Source: Lingula anatina
Lineage: Eukaryota; Animalia; Brachiopoda
Assembly (NCBI GenBank): GCA_051362555.1
Contig: CM120641.1
Span: 6,324,001 to 6,388,000, forward strand
Reading direction: 5' to 3'
DNA: 64,000 bases
Shown: positions 52,890 to 64,000 of the stretch, piece by piece
Layout of the letters: each line of letters opens with the position of its first letter
How positions within the stretch are numbered: the first letter of the stretch is position 1
Made by a program: the position numbers and the translations under genes
Notes under the pieces: model-generated
Seen by the model: the letters and a program-made list of their open reading frames with translations, nothing else
Database searches by the model: none
What the model was told of the DNA's origin: nothing

Positions 52890-55800
52890 TCATACAAAGC
52901 AGCAATACTTTTTCCAACCTTTCTTTTTGGCCAGCTCTGAGCCCTGGGCCTGTTGCCTTTTCTCAACAGAGTCACTGCTTTTTTTGCTCTTTTTCCATCG
53001 CCTGCTACCAGACTTCTGTCTTTTGATATTGCCATTTATGTCTAAGGCAGCCAACAACGCTGAGTCAAAAACCTCCTTCAAGTGTTTCTGTGTAAGAGCC
53101 GAACACTCCATATATTCCACAGCTCCGATCTTGTCCACAAGCTCCTTTGCCTCTGTTTCAGTCACTGGGCGCTCGTTGTAGTGCGCAAGTTCAATTAAAA
53201 CTTTCACATCATTTCTTAAGTCTGACTGTGTGCCCACTAATAAAACTGGAGTGTGTGGATTATGCTTTCTAATTTCTGGCACCCATTTGTCCATGATATT
53301 GTGAAATGATGTGGGAGAGACCACACTAAAGCAGAGCAGGAATACATCTGTGTTTGGGTAGCAGAGAGGCCGCAAGGAATCAAAATCATCCTGTAAAGAG
53401 ATAACAGAAATACTTCAATACATCATGATTAAAATTTTAAGTAGAAGAAAATTTCTTTTAACATTTAACTCTAAGGAATAATCTTAACTCGTGTAATTTA
53501 TTTAAAACACACTCAACTGTGCTTTTTCTGTGAGTGTAAAAAAATCCCCTCTTTAATCAAATATAACAGGTGTTGAGGAAAATGAAAGTCATAGATCACT
53601 GGCATTTCAATCATGAAGCACTTAGAACTACAAATTTAATGTAAGCAGCATTGCTTCTCTACCGCTTTAGGTCTGTATTCCACATGGTGTGTAGAGTGCA
53701 AACCACTGAAGTGTGTGGTTATTATGCAACTTGTATTTATGAAGTTTGGAAGTGTGTGACTAAGGTGTATCCACGCAATTTTATAGACACATAATCTTTT
53801 GTGTTGACAGTGAATAAAATTGGGAGGAGTAGAATGACTTAACATCCTTACTGCAAAATAAATATCCTATAAATTCTCAATTATAAATAAATTCTGACAC
53901 AAAACACAATCATTTGTACTGAACTGTCCATAAAATGAGAGAGGTGCTATGAAACATAATAGCATGTGGAGAGAGAGAGAGCCATTGCCCGCTTTGGCAG
54001 TAAATATACACAAAAGAAGAATAAAACAGGAACAGTAATTGTATAAAAATAAAATCGGAAAATCTTTTGTTGGATGTCAGTGAATAAGTGCCTGGTGAAA
54101 TGGTGTATTTCCTTTATGAACAATGCATGTTTTTCAGGAACCACTTTTCTGGCTAAAAACACCATCATCGGTCCCACTCACCCAACAAATACACAGTGAA
54201 CACATTTTTTCATTACATTCAAAAACATATTCAATGCCTATCTTTTGTCTGCAGTTTGTTGGTGTGCAAAGATGCAACAGGTCCCTTAGGTCAAGCATGT
54301 TTTAATTTGGTACAAATTGTCCAGTCAGTCATGCTCAGGTATGCTGAGGGACTAAAGGTAGGGTCACTTTTAGGGTCTTACTGATTTAACTCAACTGAAT
54401 TACGGGGCAGGGAGGGCCACTGGTTCAAAGCATTAGACATCAAATCAAGCAATACATTTCACAGTACCTGATCAACATACTATACACAGACTACTTTCTC
54501 TAAGCTAATTAAAATGACACAATGCTATGCTTATAGAAATATAAGAGAATAGCTTCAATGCCTTACGGACAGCGTGCCAAGTTCAATTACCAGTTTCACA
54601 TTTAGTTGTCAAATTGATTAAGCCCCATTTGTGGACAGGTGTTAAAATTAGTCTCAAAATGAAAACAAACAAACACACCAGCATTGTTCAAATTCAATGC
54701 AAAGGAGAGCTTAAACAACTCAATGGGTAAATACTAAGCTTTTAAATTCTATTTTCCATCCCTTCATACTCAATGGTAAAACCGTTGTAAATCTTGGACA
54801 TTTTCAAAACCTTATCAGCATTATCACGCCACTATTTTCTGCACCACATTCCTGTCTAATCTACTGACTGCACAGTTTATAAACTCTCCGATTGCAGATT
54901 TACGCCTCCTAAGGTGCTTTATCTCCTCCAAAATACCTATCTTATTGGGAAAGACATCTAGAGGGTGGAATCAATGAAGTTCAGTCACACCAAGAAATAT
55001 CTCTTTATACTACTAATAACCACAGTGACAACCCTGGAGAAGCCATTAATAATCCAAAATGTCCACTGTGAAGTGCAGAAATCTATAGGCATTTGTGTGT
55101 ATATGTATGTGCTGATAATAATGAATACATTGATCTGTGGCTACCTGTTCTGTATATAGCATAAGCTGTTAATTTACACAGTGTCTCAGAGACAGACTTG
55201 GTGATTAGGACAACACTGATACAAACCTAGATGATAATATAAGAATGATGTGGGTGCATGAGTGGAAATCTATGGCTTCATATTCTTGTTTACAGGATGC
55301 CTGATTGCAAGTTATCACAGGCAGTATTCAATATTTCAAGTTATTTTTGTCATCATCTTGACAACAAAATTAACACCACCTCTGGGCTGCCACTGAGTAA
55401 CCCCAACTCCTTAAACACCTTGCATTATCACATCAATAACTACGCCCATGCAATACTGACCTCCGCCTTTGACTCAGGGGTCTACACTTAATAATGCCCC
55501 AGGAGCAGAGTGAGAAAAAAAAGTGAGCCCCTGTTTTCATGGTAAACAGACATGAAGAGGGAGATTTGGTTACTCAAACAGTTTTCATAGGGTGACACCC
55601 CTCCACAAACAAAGTCACTTGACTAAACACTGCTGGCACAATGGGGACACAATACACTTTGATATTAAAAGGTGAGGCCGCTCAACCCAGTCCATTCAGA
55701 AGATCACTCATCAAAGACGGAAAAGTGACCGCCCCTTGTCACCTGCTTTTAAGTCTCCTGCCTGTATGTCCAAAACAAGGCCGCTACCTCTATTCTCAAT

Positions 55801-58800
55801 AACATACTTATTTCTCCAATTTCTTAAATTGGGGGACATTCTATCAATAGTCAATAATGAGACCGAATAATGAGATCAAAGCTACAACCCAAAGTAACAT
55901 TAAACACACTGGTCTCAGTTTCAAATAGCTTCACTTAAAAAAAAAAAAAAAGATCTTCCAGCTGTCAAATCATACATAGAGACAAAAAAGATTAACAGGA
56001 ACAATCAATTTTTGTTCTAGCAATTTTTTGTACCTTTTCTCAAAAAGTACAAATGCCATCCCACGTTTACCTATCATGTAGTATTGTGCAGGGCAAAAAT
56101 TGTCCACAAACCAAACCATCCATGTAAACAACATCCATGTCAAATTTGCAGGTGTGATGTTTCCTGGTTGACCATGGTGAAAAGACCAGGTAACAAAAAC
56201 CAGCCTTCTGTATTAAAGCAAAAGGGAAAGATTGATAGACCATAAGTTATTTAGACAGTGATGTGCTTCTGGCAATTGTTTTGTCACCCACATTCCCATA
56301 TATTGTAAAACTTACACCAAAAATGGAGAGAGGAAATCCACAAGTACTCAATTGTCAACACATGCTATTCTCTTTAAGGGGTTTAATCAATATTTTTTCA
56401 CTTCCGTTATTCTTTCCCTCTGTGTAGGTACAACAAGCAATACATTGATTTCTTGCTCAACAAGAATCGGACCATCAGAAAACCAGGTGTAAAAACAAAA
56501 CATGGATTCAGTATAAATGTTATAGGAAGGCAGTGCCCTATTGAGAGAGTCTGGTGCACTCTGTGGCTCGCCTTGTGTGTTCTCAAGTAGAGATCAGGTG
56601 GCTGGGTCCAGTGTACTATGGCAGCCTGCATTTGCAAAAGAATGGAAGCAATCAGACGAGAAGTGGTCATTGTTAACGCTAAATAAGAGAAAACGCCCTT
56701 CTTTACTTATTACAACTGTCCAGAGTTGATGAAATGGAAACTAAACAAGGCCAGTTTGCCCTGGCTTAAGTTTATCTCAAAAGTGCAAAGTTACAGTATT
56801 TTCCTAAATGGTCCGAAGACAAAAAGTGCCTGTTGACCAGTGGGCACCAATTACATTCTTGCGGTGCTCGGGTCACTTCAAAACCACGTAATACCATTGA
56901 AACTCAAGGCAACAGCACTAAGTGACCGGCAGCCAGTTAGACAGGTAACATGTACAAACAGTTTGGCCGAAAATCAGATGAATCTCGCACACAACAAACA
57001 TACCTGGCCTTTACCTTTACCTCTTATCAAACTGATTGGTTACTTTTTAAGCAGGTTTGATCATGATGAATCAGCCAGTAATCACCAGGCTGCCATGATA
57101 AATATAGAGCTGATTGAGCAATCAGTAACGGCAATGGAAATATAACGGTTTCAAAAACAGTCATCAATCTTTTGATAATCAATCAAAATTTCCCATTCAA
57201 CATTGGACGGTAATACTCCTTAAGTCAATAGAGAACAACTTTCAAATTTTCCAGCACTCTACTTTATAGGACTGCCAGGCTTATTTCACGTGTAACGTTG
57301 TTTTTTGTGTAAAAAAAATTGTTAGGGAAATAAATATGAGAATTTTATCGTATGTTTGCTTAATATTCATAATCTTTTTTCAAGGCCAATAGAGTCTAGA
57401 ATGACCTTACTAGCTGTTTAATCGTACACAGGTGCATGGGAACTGTCTGTGCAAACTTCTACAGAGTCAAAACAAAAGGAAAACCACAAAGACAAACAAA
57501 AGCCTCAAACTCTTGGGGTTCTACAAATAGTACAGTAATATTTACAAAACAAGAAAAAAATACACAAACAGAAATGGGGACCTCCTGTGTAGGAGTGACA
57601 TTTCAAAAGTGAGGACCCCTGAAAGACTTTTTTCAAAAAGTCTTTTTAGCACATGAAATGTATAAGGTGGGGTAAAATAAAGCATGTAAGACCAAGGTTG
57701 ACAAACAATTTATACATTACAAGAAATACTTTTGGAATAAGCACTTCCTTTATAAATGTCTGAGATAACTTCTTGCTCTAAGGTTACTCAGGTACCAGGC
57801 ACAGTGGGGTAGGGGTACAGGCAATATAACACTAAATATCATGCCCTGCCCTTCCCATACATCTCTGTACAAGTTTAAGGCGGGGCAGGGACAATAACAT
57901 GCAGTAACATATATGATGTGTTAATGACTGTGCTCTGATCTTCCTGTCATTTATATATATATTCAAAATGTATCGCAGCATGGTGGCTAATATCATAATA
58001 TGCATCCGACTTCACCCAGTAGTAACTCTAGCCCACCAAGTGCACACGGTTTTATTCATTCCCTCATGCAATTTGCAGCATGGGACACGATTAGCTAACC
58101 ACAAAAGAAAACTGTTCATTCACTAAGATTCTTCATTGACAGGAGTCATGTAATAATCCAATCCAATTCTTCTACTCATTTACTGAATAAGGCAGATAAG
58201 TACATGTTCGGTCCTGCTGTTTACGGACTTGTCTCGTAATCACTTGACGTGAAAAGGATCAAAAATAGTAATCATCGCGGTTTCACCAAGAACTGAAAAT
58301 AAATCTTGGCCAAAATTCAGGATAACTCATTAGGCACACTGCCTATCAAAAGCATCTGAGATGATATAATTTCAGACAGGATATTTTGTATCTTTCCATC
58401 TTTCTGATGCTCCTATATCCTGGCAAGAAACTTAATAACATATGGTACCAGGTAGAAAAATGGAATATCACTTCCACGGGAACAATTCAGCTTCTCTAAC
58501 AGTGGATTCCAAGAGCCTAATCAAATAATTTTTCATATTTCTAGGAAATTGAGTTCATGTTGCTACCAGGAAATATAAGAAAATGTTAACAGGTTTTGTT
58601 GAAAACAGAAATTTATACCACCTGGACTCACTTAACTTCCCCACTCCTTAACTGGGTCACCCGGTGTGATGTAGATTAAATAGGACATAAACATAAAATG
58701 CTGGCTATGAAATGAATTCAAAATCAACAGGTGTGGTTTTTTTCCTACTAAACATTTTGCAGAAAGCAACAACAACTGCTGCACTAGAGCCTGGTTATAT

Positions 58801-61800
58801 ATAACTTGCTTGCAAGTTCAGTTGTCCAATAAAGAAAACATCCCAAAATAGATACAACACTGAATGCCTCAGTGACATAACAGTTTCTGCAGCAAGACCA
58901 ATACATTTAAGAGACTGCTAAGGTTCAGAATACAGGAATAAAGAAATTACTTAACAGACTGCCATATTCATACCAAGTTACCTCAAACATGTTGCTTGAT
59001 ACACATCTTCACAAAGAAATAACGAAATCTTTTTTGTGGTTTATTCGTACCTGTGGTAGTTTTTTTTTCAAAGTGCTTCAAATGCCAACCTGATCAAGAC
59101 TTATATTTCAAAACTGATCAGAAGCAAATAGGTATAATGCTATAGCTCAGTGTGATATTCAATATGTATCATGATGCAAACATGTATGAAATGCACATAA
59201 CAAACAGTTACACAACTCTGTTTATACATTAACAAACCATCCCTGAGCTCCAGGTGTGAAGCTCTCTCACAAACACTTAATTTAGATACATCCAGTGTGC
59301 ACAACATGCACTGCAAGACCCAAAATTATGATAATTATCCAGTGTATGTTAATATGGCGGCACTAAGGAGATGGGTAATTTACTCATCGCAGGTGACACC
59401 AACTAACACAGACGTGATTTAATATCAACCATTACACCTACCTGGCCTGCTGTGTCACAGAGCTGTAACCTGACTGGTTTGTCATCTACTTTGACCACAA
59501 CTGAAACAGAGACAATACATCAACATTAATATTTTATTGATGTCCGTGTGTTGACAGGAATGACTTGGTCCTGTTTACAAACTATATATCTGGACATTGA
59601 CATATGCCTCAAGGGTAAACTTACACCGATGGTCAAACCCCGGTGGTCAACCAGTATTCCGTCCACTCTATAATTTTTGCATATAATTTTATTCTATCTG
59701 ATGAGTATGCAAACTAAATTTTCTTCCCAGGAAGTGTATTATGAATATAACGAGGCAAAAATCCAACAAAATTAACTCCAAACTTTACACCCATAGTTAT
59801 TAATAACTACTATAATGGATGCTTATTTGTACAAAAGGGATAAACGCTGTAAGATTTCAGTCAGCGTCCTTTCTTCTTTTGTTTTAGGTCACAGTTCATG
59901 GGTATAACAGCAACAAATGGCTGCTCGCATGACTGGAATACTGGACTCGACATGCAACAGACTTGTACAAGCAAGCCTTCTAATGAGAACTTCCATTGAG
60001 GAAGGTTGCATGACAGACAAATATATGAGAAACAGTACAGTTATTGTCAAAGACCCCTAACTTAATGCACACAGTGCAGCCTATGTATAATGGGCTATGG
60101 TTGACTGTGAAGTGGCAGGTTCTACCCCATACCGTGTATTACTCATTGCTTCATGCAGGTGGATATATTTTTCAGCTTTTTTTTCACCAACAGATGTTTC
60201 ATCTAGTTATAAAATCCCTAACTTTATTTACAGCAAATTCTGTAGAAGTCAATGCACTCTAGCTTGACTCCTTTCAGTGTTTCTTATAAGTGTCATTATA
60301 TTATCTCCTACTGTTTTGTCCTTCCAATAATGATAAAAAAAGAATAACAACCCAGCAAAAAAGTGTTGGCTTGGCTCAAAAGATGATACAAAAAGTCTGC
60401 AGGTAACACACAGTTCACGTGTGCACACCTTCATTTCATATGATCCAATATCAGACAGGTCTTCCACCTGGTGAGTCATTCTATTATTTTTGTTCAACTG
60501 GTATACACGGTTTTATTGATGGACTCAACGTATGCTGGGGGCCTTTTTCTTTTCTTTTTGATCCAACTTTCTACAAAACTGTAATATCTTATTCACATTT
60601 AAAGTGCAACAACAAAATTGGATAAAAATTACCTTCACATGGGAAGTATGAATCAGTGGTGGGCTCCTAATTCGTCCCGATTATTTGTCACCTGATATCA
60701 AAGGGCAGGTGAACTGTTGTGACAAGAATTTTGAACCAGAAAAAGTTGTAGACTGCAGAAGTCTTAGTTTAATCAGTCAATAAACCAGAGGAAAAAAGTG
60801 AATTGTTGGCTTTGCCAAGGCCAGGTCTTGAGAAAACAGATTTTCCTGCCTCAAATAAATCAACCTTTCATGATGGCCAATTTTGTTTCATTGATTTTAA
60901 ATAGTTAAGGTAAATGAATGATACTTTTTCAATAGGCTAATCTTCAGATTATCCCGAGTCTTCCTTTCAGTCCTTCCCCCTTTCCCTCAAGGGTGTGAAA
61001 GCAATAAGGACTGTTTTGAAAAAGTATCAGTCTTGCTTCGGTTGTCAAATACTGAAAACTCTGAATGAAAGGGAATTGGGAACCCTCCATGTGCTTATGA
61101 ATGGGCAGCTGACAAGCATTGAGTAATGTTTATTTACTAAAATTGTAACAAAAGCCTTGAAGAAAAGTCAACCAGCACTTGCAGGTGTAAACCTGTGGGA
61201 AAGTTGACAAGGGGCAGACCACCTAGCATAATGTTTTCAGTTTTTGTTTTGAGAAAACAAGCCATGAATTAAACTGATACACTAAATTGTGTATGTGACA
61301 CACAAAAGCTTTAGCCAATACCCATTCATTCCGTCAGCAAAAAAACTACAACTAGCACATAACCACCCATGCTATTGAAAAACTTTCCTATTTAAATTGA
61401 AAAGAATTGTGGCATACATTTTAACAGTAGTTGAATACACTTTATAGATTTCAGTTACACCCAACTTTGATTTTTATTTAACTCTGATAACATTTATTTA
61501 GTTCAATGAACACCAACTTCGATGGGTTTGTCTTAGACCACACTGTGAAGTAGCTAAGTAACTAAGTATTAGGAGCAAGAAAAACAATTATTAAAAATGC
61601 ATAAAAAACTTACCTGAATAATTGTCAAATGCTGTCGGCACATATTCTGTGGGATAACCGTTTGTTGTATAACTGACAACTAGACTTGTCTTTCCTACAG
61701 CACCATCTCCTATTAAAACACATTTTACTCGGGAATGATAGTCACTTTCTATTGATACCTGTCCGTGATCGACAACATCGGGCAGAGAGTACGAGTTGGC

Positions 61801-61827
61801 TTCCATTGCTTGAGCTTGGGGCGGCAT
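52890..61827 (-). CDS. RHOU: Rho-related GTP-binding protein RhoU/RhoV (Wrch-1/Chp-like), 3 exons, 257 aa
   Basis: Exons 61827-61614, 59500-59442 (59 nt, [20 protein letters not shown], not in the ORF track) and 53390-52890 total 774 nt in frame. Motifs: [44 protein letters not shown]. Start MPPQ and end WKKYCCFV are characteristic of RhoU. Confidence 0.95.
55657..55881. promoter_or_regulatory. Cluster of three TCF/LEF consensus sites plus an E-box in RhoU intron 2 (candidate Wnt-responsive enhancer)
   Basis: CTTTGAT 55657, ATCAAAG 55710, CACCTG 55740, AGATCAAAG 55873-55881. Motif match only. Confidence 0.4.
60689..60711. promoter_or_regulatory. Composite E-box / TCF / E-box element in RhoU intron 1
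   Basis: CACCTG-at-ATCAAAG-gg-CAGGTG. Motif match only. Confidence 0.4.
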
Positions 61828-62210
61828 TGTCGGGCAGTTGCCTAGACTTTCCGATGTCCTCGAAGTATCACCCGCCAGAATGATACTAAGATACCACTCT
61901 ACGTGTTGAGAAGTGCTAAGAATCTACCTGTGACATACAAGTTATTATTGCAAAGGCTTGCAACGAGTGTCTATGCTCAGCCTATATTTTACGGAGGGCA
62001 CTCGCCCACTCCACCAGCCTATATTGCGAAGAAACGCCACTTGACGACTCGTTCCAAAGGGATATATTAATCCAAAGGGTCGAGTTGGTTGAAAGCTTGG
62101 GTCAACCTTTCCTCCACAATGGAAATAACTTGAAACCTGTGGATGTTATATCTCCAATGCGATACCTGCAATTGCTTATCATCAACTGAGCTCTCTGAGC
62201 ACGGGTCAGT

Positions 62211-62262
62211 CTGTATTTATGACAGCCTAAAAGCGGATTGGCTGAGAGAGAGTGTGACGTCA
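62211..62262 (-). promoter_or_regulatory. Candidate RhoU proximal promoter (CRE, CCAAT box, TATA-like element)
   Basis: On the minus strand, in order: TGACGTCA (62255-62262), CCAAT (attgg 62237-62241) and ATAAATA (62214-62220), about 390 bp upstream of the ATG in a CpG-retaining region. Confidence 0.5.
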
Positions 62263-64000
62263 TGTACCATCAATGAGCGCACTTGTCACTCAAAAGAGTG
62301 CGGTGTTCTGTTCATACTTTTCAGGTGCCTCCAGACTTTTATTTTTCAGGTGCCTCCAGACTTAAAAATGAATTCTGACGTTAGATTCCTGAAATAAAAG
62401 TGTGTCATATCTTTTAGAGCGGAATTGTTTTTGGTTGTTATTATTGGTACCAACGGTAACGCTGATAATGAAACGATTTATTCACAATAGAATTAAAAAA
62501 TAATCGCTCTGATTAGAAATAGAAAGAGATCTGTTTGAATAGTCACGGCATTACACACAATCAAACAAAAAAAAACTCTTATCGAAGAGTTCGTTTTCCG
62601 TCAGCATTTGATTTTTCAATTTTAAAACTAACGTCAATTTTATATTAATTTCATTGATAAGTCTTGATATCAAGGTGTACCATGGTCTATAAAACCAAGC
62701 TAGAAAAGTGGAGATGAATGTCACAAAAAGAAAACACTGATAAGGTTTTGGGTGTAAGCGACTTTCTTGGACGCTTTGGCATCAGAGTTTTCACAAGATA
62801 CAATCCAGTATTATTATACTTGCTAATTGTGTACTGGTTGCCAGCCGGAACTTTTGCGGTCTTTGCACTTACCTCCAAAAATACACTGCTGCTGACCCCT
62901 GGCGACGAACGGTAATAGACCGTGAAGCAACAGGGGGAGCGCGAGTCAGCAGGAGTAGGAGTGGGTCTTTGCGCGCTAGTAGTTCTAAAGACCGGTAGAC
63001 TGCAGCGTGTTTTTGCTTGGTTACTAATGCATCTGTACATCCGTATGCTCAGAAAATATAATACCTAATACATCAGAAATTTTAAGTTGAATTTGTGAAA
63101 GGGAAGAGCCGTCAAGTACCCATATCTCATAAAAATTAAATACATGTTTGGTATGTCTAAAATGCATATAATTTAAAAATATTTGCATGATAAAGTAAAA
63201 GGAATGACGGACAGTAATTACTACTCCTTAATCTCAAGTACTGTACGCCCATATAGTAACGATAAGCTTTCAAGCCCATAATTTGGTACCGGTAAACAAT
63301 CAACAGCGTGTGTTACAGTGTTTACTTTTCCCTGTATATACATGGGTGGATACAAATAACGACCTATCAAAGCGTCAGTACAACTGCCTTTTTTAAAAAT
63401 AATTTATTGATTGATGAGGAAGTGGTCCCCTTATTACGGTCAGATACTCTGAAACTGCATGGAATTCTGCTTTAATTGCTTCCCATTTAAAGAACCATTG
63501 AATGGCCATTCAACTTCTTGGTCATTTTAATTTTACTCAATTTTTGCAGCTACATGTAAAACAAACTTTATTTTCTCCATTTTGTCCATTAGACACAGGT
63601 GACCAAAATATGACCCTCTGTCTAATTTGCAAGTTAAGGCCATTAGTGTAATAAAACTCATTAGTTTCATTTTTGAAAGTAACTGGAAGTAAATGCATCA
63701 TTGTTTTCTTTAATTTTGAAATTACACATGTAGATATGAGTAGTTGGCCTCTTATATCTTATTGGTACCGATTATTTTCCCTATCAGAAATGACTTTAAC
63801 AAGTGTTGTATGCTCTGTTAGAGAAGATTGCAATAAATAACTTGGCTTAATGTCAAAGACTGAAATAATAAAACGAAAGAGAAATAATAATAATAGTAAC
63901 CAGCAATGGAAAAATAATGGTAAGCATTATGCTTAACAATATTAATAAGAATATTAATGATAACAATAATATTTATGATAATAGTAGAATTTAGAAATAG

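Noticed and set aside
4936-61827. Functional membrane-trafficking cluster (LYST, CCDC32, RhoU)
   Set aside because: The shared theme is loose and orientations differ. Inherited synteny explains the adjacency without co-regulation.
61828-61923. 32 open codons upstream of the RhoU ATG with an in-frame CTG in good context
   Set aside because: Short enough to be chance, and MPPQ matches the known family start. It would need ribosome profiling.

Overview
AT-rich, intron-rich animal genomic DNA. The repeat types suggest an invertebrate bilaterian, possibly a mollusc or other lophotrochozoan; this is inference. Four protein-coding genes were reconstructed by hand with consistent GT-AG splice phases: (1) the 3' 41 exons of LYST (+, 4936-24809, 5' end outside the window); (2) a 3-exon ankyrin-repeat/SOCS-box gene (-, 28205-25902, 429 aa); (3) a 2-exon CCDC32 (+, 29422-30796, 164 aa), head-to-head with the ASB gene; (4) a 3-exon RhoU/RhoV-type atypical Rho GTPase (-, 61827-52890, 257 aa). 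About 22 kb between CCDC32 and RhoU has no recognisable gene, only MITEs and foldback elements. The first 4.6 kb is a layered repeat (~335-bp units, a 2.65-kb duplication, MITEs and a nested ~161-bp array). No wholly new system can be supported. The best leads are the apparent ancestral LYST-CCDC32-RhoU/V linkage, an E-box/TCF/Su(H)-rich regulatory landscape in the RhoU introns, and a MITE family showing both 5- and 6-bp target duplications.
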